Assembly: GCA_035544875.1 (NCBI GenBank) | Contig: DASZZP010000083.1 | Span: forward strand, 384,219-448,218 | Source of the DNA: Thermoanaerobaculia bacterium | GTDB lineage: Bacteria > Acidobacteriota > Thermoanaerobaculia > Multivoradales > UBA5704 | Direction: 5' to 3' | DNA: 64,000 nucleotides | Shown here: one piece after another, positions 9,040 to 17,043 of the stretch | Layout of the letters: each line of letters starts with the position of its first letter | How positions within the stretch are numbered: the stretch's first letter is position 1 | Position numbers and translations under genes: made by a program | Notes under the pieces: model-generated | Told to the model about the DNA's origin: nothing | Database searches by the model: none | Seen by the model: only the letters and a program-made list of their open reading frames with translations

Positions 9040-9175
9040 AAGGCGAAACTCCCCGAAGCAAGAGGGAGGGGGCGTCCCCTTCCCCCCCGGAGGGGTGGGA
9101 AGGGGATTGAGGGGTTGCGGGGGGCGATCCGATCGATGCTTCGAGCAGGCCTCCACCGCCGCATCGCAGCGGCGT
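9040..9175 (+). repeat. GC-rich intergenic repeat element, copy 1 (MITE/REP-like, contains CCCCTTCCCCC...GGGGAAGGGG hairpin)
   Basis: Near-identical sequence recurs at 29670-29815 (inverted), 35391-35457 (truncated) and 47940-48100. Shared core: GGGAGGGGGCGTCCCCTTCCCCCCCGG...GGGTTGCGGGGGGCGATCCGATCGATGCTTCGAG..GCCTC.ACCGCC.CATCGCAGC. Confidence 0.85.
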
Positions 9176-9272
9176 CTTATCCTTCGGGATCGTAACCGCC
9201 GGTGGGGACTAGATCGATTCAGACAGGGGAGCTGGCCGCCCCGCTCGGCCGCGCCCCGGAGGAAGCTTCGCC

Positions 9273-11984
9273 ATGACCGTGACCTCCGCCAAGTCCGCGC
9301 CCGCGCTGGCGCTCCTCGCCGCCACACTCTTGCTGGCGGCGGTGCCCGCGATCCTCGGGGGGCGCTCCGTGCTGGCTCTGCCGACGCCGGTCAACCTGGG
9401 ACCGTCGCCGTTCGAGCCGGCCTCGACGGGAGGCGCCGCGACGCTCGACCGGGCGCTCGCCAAGCTCTCGACCCACAAGCGGCTGCTGGTGATCGGCGCC
9501 CATCCCGACGACGAGGACACGTCGCTGCTGGCCCTGGTGGCGCGCGGCATGGGGGGTGAGGCCGCCTACCTTTCGCTCTCCCGCGGCGAGGGCGGGCAGG
9601 ACCTGATCGGGCCCGAGCTCGGGGTCGGGCTGGGGTTGATCCGCAGCCGCGAGTTGCTGGCCGCCCGCGCCATCGACGGCGGGCGCCAGTTCTTCAGCCG
9701 CGCCTACGACTTCGGCTTCACCATGTCGCTCGAGGAGACGCTCGGGCAGTGGCCGAAGGAGGTGCTGGTCGAGGATACGATCCGCGTCATGCGGCGCTTC
9801 AAGCCGCAGGTCGTGGTCTCGATCTTTCCGGGCGTGCCGGTCAAGACCCACGGCCAGCACCAGGCCTCCGGCATCGCGGCGTTCGCGGCCTTCCCGCTGG
9901 CCGGCGACGCCAGCGCCCTGCCGCAGCTGCGCGCCGAGGGGCTGGCGCCCTGGGCGCCGCAGGCGCTCTTCCGCAAGACCTGGTTCGACCCCCAGGCGAC
10001 GACGCTCAAGCTGCCGCTCGGCGGCATCGATCCGTGGAGCGGCAAGTCGGCCTTCCAGCTCGCCATGGCCAGCCGCGGCATGCACCGCTCGCAGGGCATG
10101 GGCTTGACGCAGGAGCTGGGGGCCAAGGACTCCGCGCTCGGCTGGGTCTCGGGCGGCGCCGGGGCGGCGGCGAAGGACCTCTTCGACGGCATCGACACCC
10201 ATCTGCGGGCGATCGCCCGGCCGCTCGCCGACCCGGTGCTGCGGTCGCGAGTAGCGGCGGAGCTCGAGGCCGTCGAGGGGCTCGCCGTGCGCGCCCGGGC
10301 GACGCTCAACCCGGAGCGGCCGGAGGCGCTGGTGCCCGACCTGGTGGAGGCCGTACGGCACCTGCGCGCCGCGGCGGCGCTGCTCGCGCCAGCGGGCGGG
10401 CGCCCCGACCAGAAGCCGGTGGCCGAGCTGATCGCCGAGAAGCTGGAGGTGGCCGAGATCGCCCTGGCCAGCGCCGCCGGCGTCGCGCTCGACGCCACGA
10501 CGCCGCGCGAGGCGCTGGTCGCCGGCGAGTCGTTCCCGGTCGCCGCGACCCTCTGGAACAGCGGCAGCCGGACGCTCGCCGCGGTCGCGGTCACCCTGGC
10601 CCCCGCGCCGGAGTGGCACGGCGAGCCGGTCGCCGGGGAGGCCAAGGAGCTGGCGCAGGGAGGGCTGCAGAAATGGGAGCTCAAGGCGGTGGTGCCGGCG
10701 GCGGCGCCGCCGACCATGCCCTATTTCCTGCGCCTGCCGCTCTCCGGCGGCCTCTACGACTGGAGTGCGGCGGCCGCCGGAGAGCGCGGCGAGCCGTTCG
10801 GGCCGCCGCCGCTGATCGCGCGCTTCAACTTCAGCCTCGACGGCGTCCCGGTCACCCTCGAGCGCGAGGTGGTGCATCTTCACCGCAACGAGGTGCTGGG
10901 GGAGGTCCGCCGGCCGCTGCGGGTGGTGCCGCTGGTCGAGGTGGCGGTCGCCGAGAGCGTGCAGATCTGGCCGCTCAGCCGGCATGAGCCGCGCGGCGTG
11001 CGAGTGGTGGTGACCTCGCACGCCAAGGCCGCTCTGCGCGGCCGCCTGGAAGTCGCCTCGGCGCCGGCCGCCGGCGGCGCGGCATGGCCCGCGGTGCCGC
11101 CCCGGTCGTTCGAGATCCCGGCTCCCGACCCCGCCGCCGACGAGGCGGAGGGCGAGCAGCTGGCGCTGCCCCTGACCCTGCAGCCGCCGGCTGCGCTGGC
11201 CCCGGGCCGCTACCCGCTGCGCCTGGCCGCGGTGCTCGAGGACGGCGCCCGTTTCGACCTCGCGGTGCCGGTCATCGACTATGCCCACATCCACCCGACC
11301 CCCAACCCGCGCCACGCGGCCGTCGAGGTCACCGCCACCGACCTCAAGCTGCCGCCGCTCGAGCGGGTCGGCTATGTGCGCGGCGTTTCCGACGAGGTGC
11401 CGGAGTTCTTGCGCCAGGCGGGAGTGCCGCTCGAGCTGCTCGGCCCGGGCGAGCTGGCGGGCGCCGATCTCACCCGCTACGACGCCATCGTGATCGGCAG
11501 CCGCGCCTACGAGAGCGAGCCGGCGCTGGCGCGCTTCAACCATCGCCTGCTCGACTACGTGCGGGGCGGCGGGCTGATGATCGTCCAGTACCAGCAGTAT
11601 GCCTTCATCGAGAGCGGCTTCGCGCCGTTCAAGCTCGAGATCGCCCGCCCGCACGACCGGGTGACCGATGAGACCGCCGCGGTCACCCTGCTCGACCTCG
11701 CCGACCCGGTGTTCAGCACGCCGAACAGGATCGCCGAAGCCGACTGGCAGGGTTGGGTGCAGGAGCGCGGCCTCTACTTCGCCCACAGCTGGGACCCGGC
11801 CTACAAGCCGCTCCTCGCCATGGCCGATCCCGGCGGGCCGCAGCAGCGCGGCGCGCTCCTGGCGGCGGCCTACGGCAAGGGCAAGTACGTCTACACCGGC
11901 CTCGCCCTCTTCCGCCAGCTCCCCGCCGGCGTGCCCGGCGCCTACCGCCTGTTCGCCAACCTGCTCGCGCTCGGGAGGAAGTAG
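9273..11984 (+). CDS. secreted PIG-L/LmbE-family N-acetylglucosaminyl deacetylase with large C-terminal extension (903 aa)
   Basis: GGAGGA SD precedes ATG 9273. Signal peptide present. PIG-L motif LLVIGAHPDDEDTSL plus downstream HGQHQASG. C-terminal ~200 aa (DAIVIGSRAYESEPAL...GGGLMIVQYQ) resemble a ThuA/class-I-glutamine-amidotransferase-like fold. Confidence 0.8.
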   Translation: MTVTSAKSAPALALLAATLLLAAVPAILGGRSVLALPTPVNLGPSPFEPASTGGAATLDRALAKLSTHKRLLVIGAHPDDEDTSLLALVARGMGGEAAYLSLSRGEGGQDLIGPELGVGLGLIRSRELLAARAIDGGRQFFSRAYDFGFTMSLEETLGQWPKEVLVEDTIRVMRRFKPQVVVSIFPGVPVKTHGQHQASGIAAFAAFPLAGDASALPQLRAEGLAPWAPQALFRKTWFDPQATTLKLPLGGIDPWSGKSAFQLAMASRGMHRSQGMGLTQELGAKDSALGWVSGGAGAAAKDLFDGIDTHLRAIARPLADPVLRSRVAAELEAVEGLAVRARATLNPERPEALVPDLVEAVRHLRAAAALLAPAGGRPDQKPVAELIAEKLEVAEIALASAAGVALDATTPREALVAGESFPVAATLWNSGSRTLAAVAVTLAPAPEWHGEPVAGEAKELAQGGLQKWELKAVVPAAAPPTMPYFLRLPLSGGLYDWSAAAAGERGEPFGPPPLIARFNFSLDGVPVTLEREVVHLHRNEVLGEVRRPLRVVPLVEVAVAESVQIWPLSRHEPRGVRVVVTSHAKAALRGRLEVASAPAAGGAAWPAVPPRSFEIPAPDPAADEAEGEQLALPLTLQPPAALAPGRYPLRLAAVLEDGARFDLAVPVIDYAHIHPTPNPRHAAVEVTATDLKLPPLERVGYVRGVSDEVPEFLRQAGVPLELLGPGELAGADLTRYDAIVIGSRAYESEPALARFNHRLLDYVRGGGLMIVQYQQYAFIESGFAPFKLEIARPHDRVTDETAAVTLLDLADPVFSTPNRIAEADWQGWVQERGLYFAHSWDPAYKPLLAMADPGGPQQRGALLAAAYGKGKYVYTGLALFRQLPAGVPGAYRLFANLLALGRK

Positions 11985-12001
11985 ATCGAGCGGAAGGACG
12001 G

Positions 12002-12031
12002 TTGACGAGCCGCCAGCCGGAGTACTACAAT
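12002..12031 (+). promoter_or_regulatory. sigma70-like promoter for vapBC (TTGACG-18 bp-TACAAT)
   Basis: TTGACG at 12002-12007, 18-bp spacer, TACAAT at 12026-12031, about 36 nt upstream of the vapB ATG at 12067. Confidence 0.5.
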
Positions 12032-12066
12032 CGGCACGAGGTATGACTTATAAAGATTGGTAGACT

Positions 12067-12342
12067 ATGGCCAATACAGTAGGAGAGAAAGGGCAAGTCG
12101 TCATCGAGAAGCCGATCCGTGACGCCCTTGGAATCCAGCCCGGCTTCATGGCCGTGCAGGACCTGAAGGAAGATCACGTGGAGATCCGCTTCTATCCTCC
12201 CGATCACAACCGTTCGCTGCGCGGCGTGCTGGCAGGCAAGATCAAGCGGTCGGTGCCGACACGGAGCTGGCAAAGGGCGCGGGAGGAAGCCTGGAACCAC
12301 GCGGTCCGCGAGAGCAACGATTCCAAGAAAACCGGACGATGA
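12067..12342 (+). CDS. vapB: AbrB/SpoVT-domain antitoxin (VapB/MazE-like)
   Basis: GQVVIEKPIRDALGIQPG swapped-hairpin AbrB motif. 91 aa. Stop overlaps the start of the PIN gene (ATGA at 12339-12342). Confidence 0.8.
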   Translation: MANTVGEKGQVVIEKPIRDALGIQPGFMAVQDLKEDHVEIRFYPPDHNRSLRGVLAGKIKRSVPTRSWQRAREEAWNHAVRESNDSKKTGR

Positions 12343-12761
12343 AGCAAAGCTCTCCCGCCTTCCTGGATACGAGCTTCGTCGTGCGGTACTTGACGAACGA
12401 TCCGGCGGAGATGGCAGCGCAGGCCGGTGCCGTCATCGACAGCGACGAGCAGCTGGTGCTGAGCGAGCTGGTTCTGCTGGAGACCGCCTACGTGCTGACC
12501 TCTGTCTACCGGGTTCCCCGTTCTGACGTCGTCGATGCCCTGCTGGATCTGATACAGCGCTCGAACCTTCGTCTGCTGAACCTGAGCAAACCCCGCGCTC
12601 TGAGCGCTTTGAGCCTCTGTCGCGACTCGAATCGCTGCTCCTTCGCCGATGCGCTGCTCTGGGCCGAAGCCCTTGAAAGTGGCGCGGAACGCCTCTACTC
12701 CTTCGACCGGAAGTTTCCTGCCCGAGGGCTCGACATCGTCGGTCAGCGCTCGAACCAATAG
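12339..12761 (+). CDS. vapC: PIN-domain ribonuclease toxin VapC
   Basis: Start is LDTSFVVRYL (conserved PIN Asp). 140 aa. Translationally coupled to the upstream antitoxin. Local GC is clearly lower than flanks. Confidence 0.8.
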   Translation: MKQSSPAFLDTSFVVRYLTNDPAEMAAQAGAVIDSDEQLVLSELVLLETAYVLTSVYRVPRSDVVDALLDLIQRSNLRLLNLSKPRALSALSLCRDSNRCSFADALLWAEALESGAERLYSFDRKFPARGLDIVGQRSNQ

Positions 12762-12828
12762 GAGCGCGCGAAGCGCACTCATCAGCTAGACTGCCGCCGG
12801 CTGGCAGCCTGAAGCGACGACCTGGCGC

Positions 12829-13932
12829 ATGATCAGATTCCGTGAACAGACGGCGGCTCCGGCGTTCCCCCGGGGCGCTGTGGCGCTGATCGCAATGGGC
12901 GCCGTCCGCGCGCTCGGCGCGACGATTGCCTTGCTGGCGCTCGCGGCGTGCGGCGGCGGGGGGGGCGGGCGGACACCGCTCACGGTCTACTCGCCGCATG
13001 GCAAGGATTTGCTGACGCTGATGCAGCGCAGCTTCGAGGCCAAGAACCCGCGGGTCGAGGTGCGCTGGCTGGACATGGGGTCGCAGGACGTCTACGACCG
13101 CATCCGCTCGGAAGCCGCCAACCCGCAGGCCGACGTCTGGTACGGCGGGCCGCGCGAGATCTTCGCGCGCGGCGCGGCCGACGGGCTGCTCGCTCCCTAC
13201 CGGCCGGCCTGGGCCGAGGCGGTGCCGCCCGCCAGCCGCGACGCGCGCAATCTCTTCTTCGGCGCCTACCGGACCGCGCCGGTGCTGGTCTTCAACTCGG
13301 CCGCGGTGGCCGCGGCGGCGGCGCCGGGCGATTGGGACGACCTGCTCGATCCGCGCTGGAAGGGCAAGATCCTGATTCGCGATCCGCTCGCTTCAGGCAC
13401 CATGCGCACTCTGTTCGGGATGATCCTGGCGCGCTCGGTGGCGGAGACCGGCAGCACCGAGCGCGGTTTCGCATGGCTGCGCCGGCTCGACGCCCAGACC
13501 AAGGAGTACCTGCAGAACCCGGCGCTGCTGATGGAGAAGCTCGATCGGCGCGAGGGGCTGGTGACGGTGTGGGAGCTGACCGACATGCTCTGGCAGAAGC
13601 AGCGCGGCGCGCCTCTCGACTACCGCTTCCCGCGCAGCGGCACGCCGGTGATTGACGACTCGATCGGTCTGGTCAAGGGGTGCAAGCACCCGGAGGAGGC
13701 GCGGCGGTTCATCGACTTCGCCGGCAGCGTCGAGGGACAGGAGCTGGCGGCGCGCGAGGCGTATCGCCTGCCGGCGCGGACCGACCTGCCGCCCGAGCGC
13801 CTGCCGGAGTGGGCGCGGCAGGTGCTCCGCGCGCTCGTGCCGGCCAAGGTCGACTGGGGCCTGATCGAACGACACGGCCAGGAGTGGATGAGCAGCTGGG
13901 ACAGATCGGTGCGCGGCCGCGGCGCGGCATGA
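12829..13932 (+). CDS. ABC transporter periplasmic substrate-binding lipoprotein, Fe(III)/thiamine (FbpA/AfuA/TbpA) family
   Basis: Signal plus lipobox LALAACGGG. Family similarity (LTVYSPHGKDL..., WYGGP..., DYRFPRSGTPVIDDSIGLVKG). First gene of an SBP-ATPase-permease operon. Confidence 0.8.
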   Translation: MIRFREQTAAPAFPRGAVALIAMGAVRALGATIALLALAACGGGGGGRTPLTVYSPHGKDLLTLMQRSFEAKNPRVEVRWLDMGSQDVYDRIRSEAANPQADVWYGGPREIFARGAADGLLAPYRPAWAEAVPPASRDARNLFFGAYRTAPVLVFNSAAVAAAAAPGDWDDLLDPRWKGKILIRDPLASGTMRTLFGMILARSVAETGSTERGFAWLRRLDAQTKEYLQNPALLMEKLDRREGLVTVWELTDMLWQKQRGAPLDYRFPRSGTPVIDDSIGLVKGCKHPEEARRFIDFAGSVEGQELAAREAYRLPARTDLPPERLPEWARQVLRALVPAKVDWGLIERHGQEWMSSWDRSVRGRGAA

Positions 13933-13990
13933 GCGGAGTCTGGCCGCCGCTCGCGCGCACTCCCCGCCGGCCGTCCCGAACCGCGCCGCA

Positions 13991-15268
13991 ATGACCCCCT
14001 TTCTGGTCCTCGAGCGACTCGAGAAGAGCTTCGGCGCGACCCGCGTGCTGCACGGTCTGTCGCTCGACCTTGGCGAGGGCGAGGTGCTGGCCCTCCTCGG
14101 TCCCAGCGGCAGCGGCAAGACGACGGCCCTGCGCCTGATCGCCGGCTTCGAGACACCCGATCCGGGAGGCGGCCGCATTCTGGTCGGCGGCGAGGACGTC
14201 ACCGGGCTGCCGCCGGCGAAGCGCCGCTTCGGCATGGTGTTCCAGCACTACGCGCTGTTTCCACATCTCTCGGTGGGCGGCAATATTTCATTCGGCCTGG
14301 AAGGCCGTAGGTCGTTCGGCCTGGAAGGCCGGGGAGCCGGCGGCGCCGGCGCCGGGCGACGGCTCGACGGTCCCGAGATCGCGGCCCGGGTTGCCGCGGC
14401 GCTCGCGCTGGTCGACCTGGCCGGGTTCGAGCGCCGGCGGGTCGGCGAGATCTCCGGCGGCCAGCAGCAGCGTGTTGCCCTGGCGCGGGCGCTGGCTCCG
14501 GAGCCGCGCGTCCTGCTGCTCGACGAGCCGCTGTCGAACCTCGATCCGGCACTGCGCGAGCGCACCCGCCGCGAGCTGCGACGGGCCATCGAGCGGGTCG
14601 GCATCACGACCCTGCTGGTCACCCACGAGCAGGAAGAGGCGTTCCAGCTCGGCGACCGGGTGGCGGTGCTGGAGGGCGGGGTCCTGCACCAGGTAGGCAA
14701 CCCGCAGGAGCTCTACGAGCGCCCGGCGACGCGCTTCGTCGCGACCTTCGTCGGGCGCGCCAGCGGTCTCCCCGGCACCTTCGAGACTGACACGCCCAAC
14801 CCCGGGTCGGGACCCGGCGAGGGGCGTGTGCGCCTGGCCTCGGCCGGCGGCTCCGCGGTCTGGGCCGGGATCCCGGCCGAGCCGATGGCGGCAGGCGAGT
14901 CAGCCGAGCTCGTCATCCGGCCCGAAGCGCTGGCCTTCGTGCCGCCGGGCACGGCCGGCGCGCTGGCCGGCCGCGTGCTCGAGCGGCGCTATGCCGGGCC
15001 GGTCACCTACTACCAGGTCGAGGTCGACCTCGCGGGAGCGCGGGCAGAGGCGACTGGCACGGCGGGAGTCGTCGAGGTGCTGGCCGGACCGCGGGCCGCC
15101 TCCCCGGGCGAACAGGTGGCCGTCGCCCCGGCGAACGGTCCCGCCGCGCGCATCTTCCGCCGCGGTGCGGCGGCCGCGCCCCCATCGGCCCCGTCGAGCC
15201 TGTCGCCCCCGTCGCGCCCGTCGCGCCCCTCTCAGTCATCGCCGCCTGCCGAGGAGCCCGGTAGTTGA
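13991..15268 (+). CDS. ABC transporter ATP-binding protein (FbpC/PotA-like) with C-terminal TOBE-like region
   Basis: Walker A GPSGSGKTT, signature LSGGQQQRVALARAL, Walker B LLLDEPLSNLD, H-loop. Carries an internal in-frame tandem duplication at 14290-14335. Confidence 0.85.
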   Translation: MTPFLVLERLEKSFGATRVLHGLSLDLGEGEVLALLGPSGSGKTTALRLIAGFETPDPGGGRILVGGEDVTGLPPAKRRFGMVFQHYALFPHLSVGGNISFGLEGRRSFGLEGRGAGGAGAGRRLDGPEIAARVAAALALVDLAGFERRRVGEISGGQQQRVALARALAPEPRVLLLDEPLSNLDPALRERTRRELRRAIERVGITTLLVTHEQEEAFQLGDRVAVLEGGVLHQVGNPQELYERPATRFVATFVGRASGLPGTFETDTPNPGSGPGEGRVRLASAGGSAVWAGIPAEPMAAGESAELVIRPEALAFVPPGTAGALAGRVLERRYAGPVTYYQVEVDLAGARAEATGTAGVVEVLAGPRAASPGEQVAVAPANGPAARIFRRGAAAAPPSAPSSLSPPSRPSRPSQSSPPAEEPGS

Positions 15269-16950
15269 GCCGCCGTCCGCCGGTCGCCGCCCTGGCGCTG
15301 GCCCTGGTGCTCGCCTGGCTGATCGGCTACCCGCTGCTGATCACCGCCGTCGATGCGTTCCGCGGCCCGGGCGGCGGCTGGACGGTGGCCTATCTGCTGC
15401 AGTTCTGCGGCCGCTCGGACGAGTGGCTGGCGCTGTGGCGCAGCCTGTGGATCTCGATCGCTTCGGTCGCTCTGGCCGGGGTGGTGGGCATTCCCCTGGC
15501 CTTCGTCTTCGAGCGCGCAGAGTTCCCGGGACGGCGCCTGCTGGGAGCGGTGGCGGCGCTGCCGGTGGCTCTGCCGCCGCTGGTTGGCGTCATCGCCTTT
15601 CTCTTTCTCTACGGCGAGAGCGGCTTCGTATCGCGCGCCGTCCAGGCGCTGCTGCGGCTCGACCACGCGCCCTGGCGCCTGGCCGGCCCGGGGGCGATCC
15701 TGCTCGTCCACACCTACTCCTTCTACGTCTACTTCTATCTCTTCACCCGCGTCGCGCTCGCCCGCATGGACGCCGCCCTGCTGGAGGCAGCCGCCTCCCT
15801 GGGCGCCGGGAGGGTGCGGGCCTTGCTGCGGGTGACGCTGCCGCTGCTGCGCCCCGCGCTGGCCGGCGCCGCGCTCCTCACCTTCATGACCGCCCTGGCC
15901 TCGTTCTCCGCGCCCTACTTGTTCGGCGGCGGCTTCCGGGTGATGCCGACCCAGATCCTGGCCTCGAAGCTCAACGGCAACCGCGAGCTCTCGGAGGTGG
16001 AAACCGTGATGCTGGCAGCCCTGGCGCTCGGCGGGCTCTGGCTGTCGCGCCGCGTCGGCGGAGCCGATCTCCCGACCGGGGTGCGCGGCGTCGCGCCGGT
16101 GCGCCACCGCGTCTCGTCGCGCCTCTGGCGCGCCGCGGCCGCCACTCTCGGCTACGGCCTGGCGCTCGTCCTGCTGCTGCCGCACCTCGTGATGATCCTC
16201 ATCTCGCTGGTGCCGGCGCGGACCTGGATCGCCGAGGCGTTCCCGCCGGTGCTCAATTTGGGCAACTACGCGCAGCTCGGCGACCGCGAGCACCTGCGGC
16301 CGATCGTCAACTCCTTGTGGATGGCTGCGGCGGCCACCGCCGGTGCCCTGGCGCTCGGCTTCGGCGCGGCGCGCTGCGTGGCGGGGGCGGCAAAGTCCCG
16401 CGGGGACGGGAGTGCGGGCAGCCGCGGCCGCCGGCGTCTGGGTGCGCTGCTCGAGACGCTGCTCGGCCTCCCCTGGGCCATCCCCGGCACCGTATTCGCC
16501 GTGGCGCTCGCCACGACCTTCAGCGTCGATGCCCCCTGGCTGGGACGCTGGGTGCTCATCGGCACACCCTGGATCCTGCCGCTCGCCTACCTGGTCCGCA
16601 GCCTGCCGCTGACCGGCCGCGCCGCCCTGGCCGGTTTGCGCGCTCTCGACCCGGCGCTGGAGGAGGCCGCCGCGGTGCTGGGCGCCGGTTGGTGGCGCAG
16701 CCTGGGGCGCGTGACTCTGCCGCTGCTGCGGCCGGCGCTGGCGGCCGGCGCCGGCCTCGCCTTCATCACCGCGCTCGGCGACTTCGTGACCTCGGTCGTG
16801 CTCTATACCTACGATACCCGGCCGATTGCCATCGAGATCCTCGCCAACGTCCAGCTCCAGGACCTCGGCATGGGCGCGGTCTACGGCGTCTTGCTGATGG
16901 CAGGAAGCGCCGCCGCCTTCGCGCTGTGGGGCCGCGAGGCGGCCGGCTAA
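15265..16950 (+). CDS. ABC transporter permease, duplicated-domain FbpB/ThiP type (561 aa)
   Basis: Overlaps the ATPase stop (GTGA). Two tandem binding-protein-dependent permease domains with EAA-like loops (EAAASLGAGRVRALLRVTLP; EEAAAVLGAGWWRSLGRVTLP). Confidence 0.85.
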   Translation: MSRRPPVAALALALVLAWLIGYPLLITAVDAFRGPGGGWTVAYLLQFCGRSDEWLALWRSLWISIASVALAGVVGIPLAFVFERAEFPGRRLLGAVAALPVALPPLVGVIAFLFLYGESGFVSRAVQALLRLDHAPWRLAGPGAILLVHTYSFYVYFYLFTRVALARMDAALLEAAASLGAGRVRALLRVTLPLLRPALAGAALLTFMTALASFSAPYLFGGGFRVMPTQILASKLNGNRELSEVETVMLAALALGGLWLSRRVGGADLPTGVRGVAPVRHRVSSRLWRAAAATLGYGLALVLLLPHLVMILISLVPARTWIAEAFPPVLNLGNYAQLGDREHLRPIVNSLWMAAAATAGALALGFGAARCVAGAAKSRGDGSAGSRGRRRLGALLETLLGLPWAIPGTVFAVALATTFSVDAPWLGRWVLIGTPWILPLAYLVRSLPLTGRAALAGLRALDPALEEAAAVLGAGWWRSLGRVTLPLLRPALAAGAGLAFITALGDFVTSVVLYTYDTRPIAIEILANVQLQDLGMGAVYGVLLMAGSAAAFALWGREAAG

Positions 16951-17043
16951 GATGATGCTCGCGGCGCGAGCCGCCGCGGCCTGTCGCGCAACTCCGGGAG
17001 CGCGCTGCCGTATGCCATTGCTGGTGAGCGAGAACGAGCCCTG

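Noticed and set aside
9219-11786. 855-aa minus-strand ORF
   Set aside because: Antisense to the PIG-L deacetylase gene. Poly-Arg/Gly/Asp composition and no recognisable motifs. GC-driven artefact.
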